From an uncultured Actinomycetota bacterium (GTDB lineage: Bacteria > Actinomycetota > Actinomycetes > Actinomycetales > Dermatophilaceae), in contig CAWHFV010000010.1 of assembly GCA_963828725.1 (NCBI GenBank), positions 2,142-66,141 of the forward strand: DNA of 64,000 bases. The letters run 5' to 3'. The notes under the pieces are model-generated. The model made no database searches. It had not been told where the DNA came from and saw only the letters and a program-made list of their open reading frames with translations. A program made the translations under genes and the position numbers. Shown piece by piece: positions 32,637 through 41,466 of this stretch (position 1 is the first letter of the stretch; each line of letters begins with the position of its first letter).

Positions 32637-33419
32637 GTGACCGTCCCGACGACGATCGACCTCAACGCCGACGTCGGCGAGTCCTTCGGGCGCTGGCGGC
32701 TTGGCGACGACGAGGCGCTCCTCGACGTGGTGACGTCGGCCAACGTCGCCTGCGGGTTCCACGCCGGGGACCCGGCCACGCTGGTCGCGACGTGCCGCGC
32801 CGCGACCGCCAGAGGAGTCGCGATCGGCGCCCAGGTGGGGTACCACGACCTCGCGGGCTTCGGCCGCCGCTTCGTCGACGTCTCCGCCGAGGACCTCTAC
32901 GCCGACGTCCTCTACCAGCTGGCGGCCCTGGACGGGATAGCCCGCTGCGTCGGCGGCGCGGTGACCTACGTCAAGCCGCACGGCGCGCTCTACAACGCGG
33001 TCGTCCACCACGAGGTCCAGGCCGATGCGGTCGTCCGGGCCGTCGCGGCCTACTCCCCCACACTGCCGGTGGTCGGCCTGCCGGGATCGGTCCTCCTCGC
33101 CACCGCCGCGACCGCGGGGCTGCGAACCGTGCGCGAGGCGTTCGCCGACCGGGGGTACACCTCCGCCGGCACCCTGGTCCCCCGGTCCGAACCCGGCGCC
33201 CTGCTGGACGACCCGGCGGAGGTCGCTGCCCGCGTCCTCCGGCTGGTCCGCGATGGCCGCGTGACCGCCACTGACGGCGCAGACGTCCTGCTCGAGGCCG
33301 ATTCCGTATGCGTGCACGGCGATTCCCCGGGCGCCGTGGCCATGGCCCAGGCGGTACGGGATGCGCTGGCCAGCAACGGGGTTCGGCTGACGGCCTTCGC
33401 TCCTCCGCCGCCCGCATGA
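32637..33419 (+). CDS. pxpA: 5-oxoprolinase subunit A (LamB/YcsF)
   Basis: IDLNADVGESFG, ANVACGFHAGDP, YVKPHGALYN, CVHGD. Confidence 0.95.
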   Translation: MTVPTTIDLNADVGESFGRWRLGDDEALLDVVTSANVACGFHAGDPATLVATCRAATARGVAIGAQVGYHDLAGFGRRFVDVSAEDLYADVLYQLAALDGIARCVGGAVTYVKPHGALYNAVVHHEVQADAVVRAVAAYSPTLPVVGLPGSVLLATAATAGLRTVREAFADRGYTSAGTLVPRSEPGALLDDPAEVAARVLRLVRDGRVTATDGADVLLEADSVCVHGDSPGAVAMAQAVRDALASNGVRLTAFAPPPPA

Positions 33420-34030
33420 GGCTGCTCCCCTGCGGTGACCGCGCGATTCTCGTCGAGGTCGCCGACGCCGCGGAGCGTCGGCGCCTCGACGCCACGCTCC
33501 GCCGCCGACCCCTCCCCGACACACTCGAGCACGTCCCCGGAGCCCGCACGGTCCTGGTCGTGGCGACCACGCCCAGGGCCTTGCCCGCCATCGCCGCCGC
33601 CCTCCACGAGCTGGTCCTCGACGAGGAGAACACCACCGACCCGGGCGACGAGATCCTCGTCGAGGTCCGGTACGACGGTCCCGACCTCCACGACGTCGCC
33701 GCCCACCTGGGCATCACACCCGCGGAAGTCGTGGCGCGGCATACCGGACAGGTCTGGACCGTCGAGTTTGCCGGTTTCGCACCGGGATTCGCCTACCTCT
33801 CCGGTTCTGACGGCGGCCTCGAGGTGCCTCGACGGGAGTCGCCGCGGACACGCATACCGACCGGCTCGGTCGGCCTCGCCGGCCCGTACTCGGGCATCTA
33901 CCCGAGGTCGTCGCCCGGGGGCTGGCAGCTCGTCGGACGAAGTGACGTCGCGCTCTGGGACCCCGAGCGCGACCCGCCGGCCCTGCTCGCGCCCGGTCGC
34001 CGGGTCCGGTTCGCGGAGGTGTCCCCATGA
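33416..34030 (+). CDS. pxpB: 5-oxoprolinase subunit B
   Basis: GDRAILVE, VRYDGPDL, GFAPGFAYL, SPGGWQLVG. Confidence 0.93.
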   Translation: MRLLPCGDRAILVEVADAAERRRLDATLRRRPLPDTLEHVPGARTVLVVATTPRALPAIAAALHELVLDEENTTDPGDEILVEVRYDGPDLHDVAAHLGITPAEVVARHTGQVWTVEFAGFAPGFAYLSGSDGGLEVPRRESPRTRIPTGSVGLAGPYSGIYPRSSPGGWQLVGRSDVALWDPERDPPALLAPGRRVRFAEVSP

Positions 34031-34923
34031 CCGCCCTGGTGGTCGAACGGGTGGGTCCCCTCGCGCTGGTCGAGGATCTCGGTCGGCCGGGCCACGCCGC
34101 GATCGGGGTGACCGAGAGCGGCGCGGCGGACCGGCGGGCCCTCCGACTGGCCAACCGACTGCTCGGCAACGACGAGGGGGCGGCCGCCGTCGAGGTCCTC
34201 CTCGGCGGCCTCGCCGTCCGGGCCGAGGGCAGCGTCCGGGTGTGCGTCACCGGTGCGCCCACCCCCCTGGCCGTCGACGGCCAGGGGGCACCGTTCGGCG
34301 GCCCGCTCGACCTCCGCGACGGTCAGGTTCTCGCCCTCGGTACGCCCCCTACCGGTCTGCGCACGTACCTCGCGGTCCGCGGCGGCGTGGCCGAGCCGTT
34401 GGTCCTCGGCAGCGCCAGCACCGACCCGACCATGGGAGTGGGACCGACACCGGTCGGCCTGGGTCGGCGGCTGGGGGTCGCCACCGCGAAAGCCACTCAC
34501 GAGGCCCCGCACGTGGACGTGGCGGCGGCGGCGGCGCCGCCGGTCACCGACGTCGTCCTTCGCGTCGTCCTCGGCCCCCGGGACGACTGGTTCGCGCCCG
34601 CCGCCGTGAACGCGCTCCTGACGCAGCCGTGGGCCGTGACGGCGGAGGCCGACCGTGTCGGAGTGCGGCTGTCCGGTCCGCAGCTGGACCGGGCCGACGA
34701 CAGCCGGGGCGACAGTCCGGTCCGTGAGCTGCCCAGTGAGGCGGTCGTCCGCGGCGCCGTCCAGGTGCCGCACTCGGGCCAGCCGCTCGTGTTCCTCGCC
34801 GACCATCCGACGACCGGTGGGTACCCGGTGCTGGCCGTGGTCGTCGACGACGACACAGACGTCCTGGGTCAGCTGCGGCCCGGCGAGCGGATCCGGTTCC
34901 GACGCGTACCCAGAGGTTGGTGA
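34027..34923 (+). CDS. pxpC: 5-oxoprolinase subunit C
   Basis: DLGRPG, ANRLLGN, R.YLAVRGG, DRVGVRL, PTTGGYP. Confidence 0.93.
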   Translation: MTALVVERVGPLALVEDLGRPGHAAIGVTESGAADRRALRLANRLLGNDEGAAAVEVLLGGLAVRAEGSVRVCVTGAPTPLAVDGQGAPFGGPLDLRDGQVLALGTPPTGLRTYLAVRGGVAEPLVLGSASTDPTMGVGPTPVGLGRRLGVATAKATHEAPHVDVAAAAAPPVTDVVLRVVLGPRDDWFAPAAVNALLTQPWAVTAEADRVGVRLSGPQLDRADDSRGDSPVRELPSEAVVRGAVQVPHSGQPLVFLADHPTTGGYPVLAVVVDDDTDVLGQLRPGERIRFRRVPRGW

Positions 34924-35040
34924 CCCGACCCCACGCGATCTGAGCACCCGCACTCATGCGTCCTCACAGTCGCCCCGCGAGGGTTGGGACACGCAGCCGC
35001 CGGGTGCCCCGCGCCGGCGCCACCGACGACAGGGGGACCT

Positions 35041-35790
35041 GTGCAGGACCCGATGGAGGCCATCGGCCGAAACCGCGACGACATCGTCCGCGGCAGCCGC
35101 GCGTTCCGCGAGGCGAGCGGCGCGCTCGGGCCTGTGACCGCCAAGGACGACACCGGCGCGATCACCGTGACGCTGGACGCGCAGGGCCGGATCTCCGCGA
35201 TCCTCGTCTCGATGACGTGGAAGACCGGCTACACGGCCCACTCTCTGGCGGCCGGAGTCAACGCCGCGGCGAACGCGGCCGGTGTGGCCCGGCTGGAGCA
35301 GTGGGGCACGACCCTCGTCGAGGCCGACGAGCGGCCGTCCGGGCGGGTCCTTGCGCCGCAGCTCGACGCCGACGACCTGGCTCAGCGCCTGTCGGAGGCC
35401 GTGGACCGTGACCGGTCCGGCTCGGTGGACTCCTCGATGCAGGTCATGCGCGACCTTCTGCACGAGCTCGTGGAGAGCATCGAGGAGGTCCGCGACGAGG
35501 TGCGCGAGCACCTGACCAAGGAGTACACCGGGCGCAGCACGTCGGGCCACGTCAAGGCGACCATCGGCGGGAACGGCACCCTGCTCGACCTCACCTTCGA
35601 CTCCACATGGCTGGACTCCGCACACCCGGCCAACATCGGGCGCGAGGCCACGCAGGCGCTCCATGAGGCGTACCGGCAGGCCGGGGGCGACGACGTCGAG
35701 ACGATCGTCGCCCGTAGTCCGCTCGGCCGCATCCAGCGTCTCTCCGAGGACCCGGTCGCGCTCGCCCGGGCCATGGGTCTGCGCAACTGA
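35041..35790 (+). CDS. Tandem YbaB/EbfC-like (EspL-like) domain protein
   Basis: Two repeats of the T-G-x-S/D-x-x-G-x-V-x-V-T-x-x-x-x-G pattern: VTAKDDTGAITVTLDAQG and YTGRSTSGHVKATIGGNG. Confidence 0.7.
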   Translation: MQDPMEAIGRNRDDIVRGSRAFREASGALGPVTAKDDTGAITVTLDAQGRISAILVSMTWKTGYTAHSLAAGVNAAANAAGVARLEQWGTTLVEADERPSGRVLAPQLDADDLAQRLSEAVDRDRSGSVDSSMQVMRDLLHELVESIEEVRDEVREHLTKEYTGRSTSGHVKATIGGNGTLLDLTFDSTWLDSAHPANIGREATQALHEAYRQAGGDDVETIVARSPLGRIQRLSEDPVALARAMGLRN

Positions 35791-35843
35791 CCGACACGAC
35801 GTCACGACGCCTTACGACGCCTTACGACGAACACGGAGCCCAC

Positions 35844-36161
35844 ATGACCTACGAAGTCCAGCTCGCGGCCCTCAAGTCCGACGCCGACACCTGGGACCAG
35901 ACCTCGAGCACGCTGCTCGACGCCAGCACCGACGCCTGGGGCCTGAACCTCGGCGAGTACGAGCTCTCCTGGGCCGCCGAGACGGTCGGGCTGACCACGA
36001 CCTACAGCTCGATCCAGGCCAAGGTGGCCGCCCTGCTCAGCGAAGGGTCGACGGAGACCAGCAACATCTCCAGCACCCTCATGACGATCAAGCACAACTA
36101 CGAGCTGAACGAGGACAACGCGGAGCAGCACTACCAGGGCGCCTGGGAGCCCATCGGCTGA
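35844..36161 (+). CDS. About 100-aa type VII secretion target (WXG100-like) with YxxxE signal
   Basis: 105 aa, helical, V...AL...A..W start, C-terminal YELNE. Confidence 0.7.
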   Translation: MTYEVQLAALKSDADTWDQTSSTLLDASTDAWGLNLGEYELSWAAETVGLTTTYSSIQAKVAALLSEGSTETSNISSTLMTIKHNYELNEDNAEQHYQGAWEPIG

Positions 36162-36211
36162 CGCCGGCTCGCTTACCCACCACCACTGCTTCACGACGCT
36201 GAGGGGACGAC

Positions 36212-36922
36212 ATGTCCGGCACCGCGAACGACATCCGAGACCTGGTCAACCGGTTCAACGGCCTCGTGCAGGACCTCCAGGACGGCATCAACGACGTCCT
36301 GGACTGGGTCCCGTGGGGTCTCGGCTGGCTGGCCGACAAGATCCGCGACCTGTGGAACGGCCTGATGGACAAGATCCAGGAGTTCTTCGAACCGCTGGTC
36401 CAGATCCTCACTCACCTCGGTGAGCCGAGCACGGTCTCCAGCAAGGCCGACCAGTGGAGCTCCAACGTCGGCTCGCCGGTCAGCGCGCGGGTGGCGCTCG
36501 CCGACGTCGGCTCGCTGGCCGTGGACGACACCTGGAAGGGCACCGCGGCCGACCAGTACAAGCAGAAGGTCCCGCTGCAGAAGACCGCCCTGCAGAACAT
36601 CAAGACCCAGTTCACCGACGGGATCAGCAGTGCCCTCAAGGACGTGTCCTCGGCGATCCAGATCTTCTTCGGCCTGATGATCGTGGCGATCGGCGCCTGG
36701 GTCGCGGCGATCATCACCGCGCTGGGCGCCACGGCGACGATCTTCGGCATCCCCGCCGGGATCCTCATCGCCATCGCCGCGGGAGGGGCGTTCGGGGCGG
36801 CGTTCTGGGGCGCGGGCGAGAACCTCAAGTCCCAGTGCCGAAGCGCCAAGACGCTGCTCGAGCAGAAGATGTCGGAGAACACCGCGTACCCGAACGGGGC
36901 GTGGCCGCAGGCAACGCTGTGA
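36212..36922 (+). CDS. WXG100-like protein with hydrophobic Gly/Ala-rich C-terminal hairpin, putative T7SS effector
   Basis: GEP.....AD.W, then WKGTAADQY (WxG), then a long hydrophobic stretch. Confidence 0.7.
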   Translation: MSGTANDIRDLVNRFNGLVQDLQDGINDVLDWVPWGLGWLADKIRDLWNGLMDKIQEFFEPLVQILTHLGEPSTVSSKADQWSSNVGSPVSARVALADVGSLAVDDTWKGTAADQYKQKVPLQKTALQNIKTQFTDGISSALKDVSSAIQIFFGLMIVAIGAWVAAIITALGATATIFGIPAGILIAIAAGGAFGAAFWGAGENLKSQCRSAKTLLEQKMSENTAYPNGAWPQATL

Positions 36923-37431
36923 CGTCGTCCGGGGTGGACAGGGACCGGGCCGTGTGGGCCAGGGGGACGGCCCGGTCCCTCGTCGCCGGCGTGTTCGTCG
37001 TCGCGAACCTCACGCTCATCGCGCTGTGGTCGTCCGTCGCGTCGACCCTGCCGGACCTGCGCGGGCTCGTCGTCGCGAGCATCGCCACCCTCGCCGTCGG
37101 CATCGTCTGCCTTGTGGCGGTCATCGTCCTGGGGGCTTGCCGGCGAGCGAGCTCCGCCGCAAACCTGCTCGCGACGATCGCTGTGGCGCAGCTGATCGCC
37201 GGGTTCACGGCCATGACTCTGCTCGGCGCATTCGACGACCTGTTCGCGCTGCAGATCTTCCTCGCGACGATGGTCTCGTCGGTTACCGTCCTGGTCCTGG
37301 GCGTGGCGACACTCAGCCGCAGAGCGCGTGGACCCGCATCTGGTCGTCCTCGAGCCACCACGGCCCGTCCGCCGCGCGGAACACGGCAAGGTCCCCCACC
37401 ACCGGCCGGCGTCCAGCGTCGAACCCGCTGA
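36919..37431 (+). CDS. Four-TM membrane protein, putative immunity protein
   Basis: GTGA overlap with the upstream stop; four hydrophobic helices. Confidence 0.55.
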   Translation: MTSSGVDRDRAVWARGTARSLVAGVFVVANLTLIALWSSVASTLPDLRGLVVASIATLAVGIVCLVAVIVLGACRRASSAANLLATIAVAQLIAGFTAMTLLGAFDDLFALQIFLATMVSSVTVLVLGVATLSRRARGPASGRPRATTARPPRGTRQGPPPPAGVQRRTR

Positions 37432-38535
37432 GCAGCAGTCCGTCCGCGCCGATCACCACCAGCTCGTCGCCGAGGCGAAGGAGCACCGGTCCGGTCGGGT
37501 CCGCGCTGACCGTCGTGCGTCCGGCAGCTACGCCGCCGAGGACGTCGTCGCCCGCGGTGAGGACCCACGTCGTCGGCGCACCGGGCAGAGCGTCGCTGCC
37601 GTACGCGTGGAAGTCGCTCCCGCCGACGGTACCGTCCCGGGGTCCCAGGACAGCCACCACGCCAGCGGGCCACCCCAGTTGTGCAGCACCGGCAGCGCGT
37701 GCCACGACGAGTGCCAGATCTCCGCGACGGCCGTCGGGTGGTCGAGGGTCATCCGCCAGCAGCAGTCTGTCGCCAGCGGGTGGTTCACAGACAGGACTCC
37801 GCCACGAGCCTCGACGTCGCGTTGCCACTGCGCTCCGGGGTTGCGAAAGTCGACGAACCCAATGTCCCCCAACGCGTTCGCGTGTCCTCGGTCGGTCGTG
37901 ACCTCCTGCCCGGGGATCAGCCGGATGCCGTAACGCTCTCCCACCGAGGGCAGGTATGCGTGATGGCTGGTCGTGTTGTGGTCGGTCACCGCCAGCGCGT
38001 CGAGCCCACGGCTCACGGCCAGCGCAGCCAGCCCCTCGATCCCGAGGGCGCCGTCCGAGTGGAGCGTGTGGGCATGGAAGTCGGCAGCCAGCCACCGCAT
38101 CCCGTCGACGTCCGGGAGCTCCCGGCGCGGCCCTCGTTCGGGCACCGGTGGCGCCTCGGGCTGAGCATCCCGCTCCGCCGCCACCTCTGCGGCGCTGGCC
38201 GTCCGTACGGTCAGCCGGTAGTCGACCCCCGGCGGCGGAATTCGGTGCAGGCCGACCAGCACCTGCCACGTCCCCGGCCGTACCGGCGTCGGGAGGTAGC
38301 CCGGAGTCGACCACCCCTCGCTGACCAGGAAATGGGGCCGCGCCCCTCCCGACCAGCCGACGTAGCCGTCCGGCCCCTCGCAGCCGAGGTCGAGGACCGC
38401 GCCGTCCCGCCGCTCGTACTCGAGCTCCACCCGGAACGCACCGACACCGTGCGCCACCTCGAAACCGACTGTGGCGCACTGGTTCTCGGCCCGGTCCTCC
38501 GGGCTCCAGGTACCACGCCGGTCGAACAGCGTCAC
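37313..38535 (-). CDS. CehA/McbA-like PHP-domain metallohydrolase (frameshift near 37620)
   Basis: DFHAHTLHSDG, AVTDHNT, GQEVTT..GHAN, SVNHP, GGSDFH. Confidence 0.88.
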
Positions 38536-39593
38536 CGGTCGACGGGGGCCGCGACGCGGTCCGGTTCGAGCAGCTCGCCGTCGGCCGCCCGGTAGCGCAG
38601 CACTCGCTTGTCCGTAGGGCTGAGCGAGACCTCCGCGTCGACCGCCGGCTCCTCTCCCTCGGGAACCAGAGCCTGCACCGAGTGGTCGCCGCAGGCCACC
38701 GACACCAGCATCGAAGCGCCGAGGTTCTCGACGATGCTCACCGTGCCGTCGAGGACGAACCGGCCCGCCGACGAGGGCTCGTCCAGCTTGGTGTACTCCG
38801 GCCGGAACCCGACCAGCACGTCGTCCCCCTCGGGGACCAGCTCGCGTCCGAAGGCGCTGCCAGGGACCAGGTTCATCGGCGTCGAGCCGATGAAGTTGGC
38901 CACGAACACGTTGGCCGGGCGGTGGAAGACGTCCGACGGCGTCCCGATCTGGCGGATGTGACCGGCCTCCATGACGGCGATGGTGTCGGCCATGGCCAGC
39001 GCCTCGGCCTGGTCGTGGGTGACGAACACCGTCGTCACCCTCAGGTCGTGCTGGAGGCGCTTGAGAAAGGTGCGCGCCTCGAGCCGGAGCCGCGCGTCGA
39101 GGTTCGACAGCGGCTCGTCGAAGAGGAACACCGCGGGTTGGTAGGCGATGGCTCGGGCCAGCGCGACCCGCTGCTGCTGGCCACCGGACAGCTGACCCGG
39201 TCGGCGGTCCATCAGCTTCTCCAGACCGAGCCCCGCCCCGGTGGTCGTGGCCTTCTCGCGGCGTTCCGCCTTGCCGACCTTCTGGATCCGCAACGGGTAG
39301 CTGATGTTGTCGGTGACGTCCATGTGCGGGAACAGCGCATAGTCCTGGAACACCATCGCGACGTCGCGCTTGCCCGGCGGCAGCGTAGTGACGTCCTTGC
39401 CACCGAGCAGGAGCTGGCCCGACGTGACGTCCTCCAGACCGGCGATGGTCCGCAGCAGGGTCGTCTTGCCGCAGCCGGAGGGCCCGAGCAGCGCGAAGAA
39501 CTCGCCGTCGGCGATCGAGAGGGTGAGGTCGTCGACAGCGGCGACACCACCCGCGTACACCTTGGAGAGCCCGACGAGGTCGATGCTGGCCAT
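38532..39593 (-). CDS. Sugar ABC transporter ATP-binding protein
   Basis: GPSGCGKT, LSGGQQQR, DEPLSNLD, TOBE-like C-terminus. Confidence 0.96.
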   Translation of the reverse strand: MASIDLVGLSKVYAGGVAAVDDLTLSIADGEFFALLGPSGCGKTTLLRTIAGLEDVTSGQLLLGGKDVTTLPPGKRDVAMVFQDYALFPHMDVTDNISYPLRIQKVGKAERREKATTTGAGLGLEKLMDRRPGQLSGGQQQRVALARAIAYQPAVFLFDEPLSNLDARLRLEARTFLKRLQHDLRVTTVFVTHDQAEALAMADTIAVMEAGHIRQIGTPSDVFHRPANVFVANFIGSTPMNLVPGSAFGRELVPEGDDVLVGFRPEYTKLDEPSSAGRFVLDGTVSIVENLGASMLVSVACGDHSVQALVPEGEEPAVDAEVSLSPTDKRVLRYRAADGELLEPDRVAAPVDR

Positions 39594-40414
39594 CAGCTCT
39601 TGATCCCTCCATGGAAGCGGAAGCCGTAGCGGCGGTTGACGAACAGGTACAGCGCGACGACCGGGATCGCATACACGAGCGAGAACGTCGAGATGAGAGG
39701 GAGGTTCGCCTGTCCGCCCTCGGTGTAGAAGGTGTACATGAGGACGCCGGCGGGCGTCTTCTCCGGGTCGCGCAGCAGGATGTAGGCGGTCAGGAAGTCG
39801 CCCCAGGCGTTGACCAGGGCCCAGACCGCGATGGTCGCCAGGCCGGGTCGCGCGATAGGCAGGACGACGTGGCGCAGCACCTGAAGGGGACTGGCGCCGA
39901 AGACGCGGGCGCTCTCCTCGTAGGACTTCGGCGTCGCGTCCATGAAGTCCTTGAGGATGAAGATCGCCGCCGGCAGCAGGCCTCCGGTGAGCACCAGCGC
40001 GACGCCGCTGCGGTCGTCGATGAGCCCGAGCTGGAACATCAGGAGGAAGATCGGGACCATCGCCGCCGTGCCGGTGACGATCGACGAGAGCAGGAGCAGT
40101 GCGTACAGGATCATGTCGCGGCCGGGCACGCGGACCCGGGAGAGCGCGTATGCGGCGAGCGCCGAGAGCGCGGTGACGAGCAGCATCGCCCCGCCGGAGA
40201 TGAGGATCGAGTTCTTCAGCGACGACAGCGCGTAGGGGTTCTCACCGAGCTCGGCGAAGTTGTCGAGGGTGAAGTCCGGGATCTTCACGGTGAGCGTCGG
40301 CGTCTTGTCGAACGGGGCGAGGACCAGCCACAGCAGCGGCAGCGCGAAGAACAGCGAGAGCAGGGTGATGAGGCCGTAGAAGAGGATCCGGCGGACGACG
40401 GCGGCGGGGGTCAT
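39593..40414 (-). CDS. Carbohydrate ABC transporter permease
   Basis: EESARVFGAS EAA loop, AWGDF. Confidence 0.93.
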   Translation of the reverse strand: MTPAAVVRRILFYGLITLLSLFFALPLLWLVLAPFDKTPTLTVKIPDFTLDNFAELGENPYALSSLKNSILISGGAMLLVTALSALAAYALSRVRVPGRDMILYALLLLSSIVTGTAAMVPIFLLMFQLGLIDDRSGVALVLTGGLLPAAIFILKDFMDATPKSYEESARVFGASPLQVLRHVVLPIARPGLATIAVWALVNAWGDFLTAYILLRDPEKTPAGVLMYTFYTEGGQANLPLISTFSLVYAIPVVALYLFVNRRYGFRFHGGIKS

Positions 40415-40415
40415 G

Positions 40416-41390
40416 TCACTGCCCCACGTTCCGTGCCTCGGCGGCGGTGAGCACCTCGTCGGCCTCGGCCTTGGCGTCGCCCGGGTCCGTGGACCGGTTG
40501 GCGGCGCGCCGCTCGCGCAGCAGCCGGATGTAGAACAGCGCGATGGCCAGGTTGATCAGCAGCATGATGAACGAGATCGCCGAGCCGTAGCCGAGCTCGC
40601 CACCGTAGAGCGCGCGCAGGTAGATGAACACCGGCAGCGTCTCGGTCGCGTGGTCCGGTCCCCCGGCGGTGAGCAGGTAGGGCCCGAAGTCGTTGAAGGT
40701 CCACAGGCTGATGAGCAGCGTGTTGGTGAGGATGTGCCCGCGGATGTGCGGGAACACGACGTCGCGGAACTGCTGCAGTGTGGACGCACCGGCCAGCCGG
40801 GCCGTCTCCAGCTGCGACGGTGGCACAGCGCCGAGCGCCGCCGAGAACAGCAACATCGAGAAGGCCGTGCCGCGCCAGGTGTTGTAGATGATGATCGAGG
40901 CCATCGGGTACTCGAGGAGCCAGGCCGTGTCGGGGCTGTTGAGGAGCGTGCCCAACGTGCCGCCGTTGTTGTTCAGGAACGCCACCCAGAGGAACGCGAC
41001 GATCGAGCTGGGCAGGATCCAGGCCAGCAGGACGAGCGTCTCGACGACGGCCTTGACCGCCTTGGGGACGGAACGCATCGTCCAGGCGATGAGGAACCCG
41101 AGGATGCTCTGGCCGACGATCGCCGACCCGAAGACGAAGACGATGGTCAGCCACAGCGAGTTGCGGAACGCCGGGTCGGTCAGGGCTGCCCGGTAGTTGT
41201 CGAGCCCCACGAACTGAGGGTCGGCCGCCGCGGCCCCGGTGAGCCGGAAGTCGGTCATGCCCAGCCAGATCGTCCACACCGCCGGGAAGACGAGGAACGC
41301 GGCGATGAGGAGGAAGGCGGGCGTGACGAAGGCGACCGCCCGGGTGCGTCCGAGCCCAGCGGCGTCGGACGCACCGGCGTTCGCGGTCAC
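40416..41390 (-). CDS. Carbohydrate ABC transporter permease
   Basis: FVGLDNY, ETARLAGAS, TAGGP. Confidence 0.93.
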   Translation of the reverse strand: MTANAGASDAAGLGRTRAVAFVTPAFLLIAAFLVFPAVWTIWLGMTDFRLTGAAAADPQFVGLDNYRAALTDPAFRNSLWLTIVFVFGSAIVGQSILGFLIAWTMRSVPKAVKAVVETLVLLAWILPSSIVAFLWVAFLNNNGGTLGTLLNSPDTAWLLEYPMASIIIYNTWRGTAFSMLLFSAALGAVPPSQLETARLAGASTLQQFRDVVFPHIRGHILTNTLLISLWTFNDFGPYLLTAGGPDHATETLPVFIYLRALYGGELGYGSAISFIMLLINLAIALFYIRLLRERRAANRSTDPGDAKAEADEVLTAAEARNVGQ

Positions 41391-41410
41391 TCGTCTCCTG
41401 CCCTCTTTTC

Positions 41411-41456
41411 GGTGGAGGTATATCCGAGCGCTCTAGCGCTCGGATATACCTCCACC
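41411..41456. repeat. Perfect 22-bp inverted repeat inside the ABC operon (REP-like)
   Basis: ggtggaggtatatccgagcgct-ct-agcgctcggatatacctccacc between the SBP and permease genes. Confidence 0.9.
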
Positions 41457-41466
41457 CGAAGGTCAT

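Noticed and set aside
35804-35830. Short ACGACGCCTT repeat inside the T7SS-like cassette
   Set aside because: Only about 2.5 copies of a 10-mer; likely slippage, with no supportable function.
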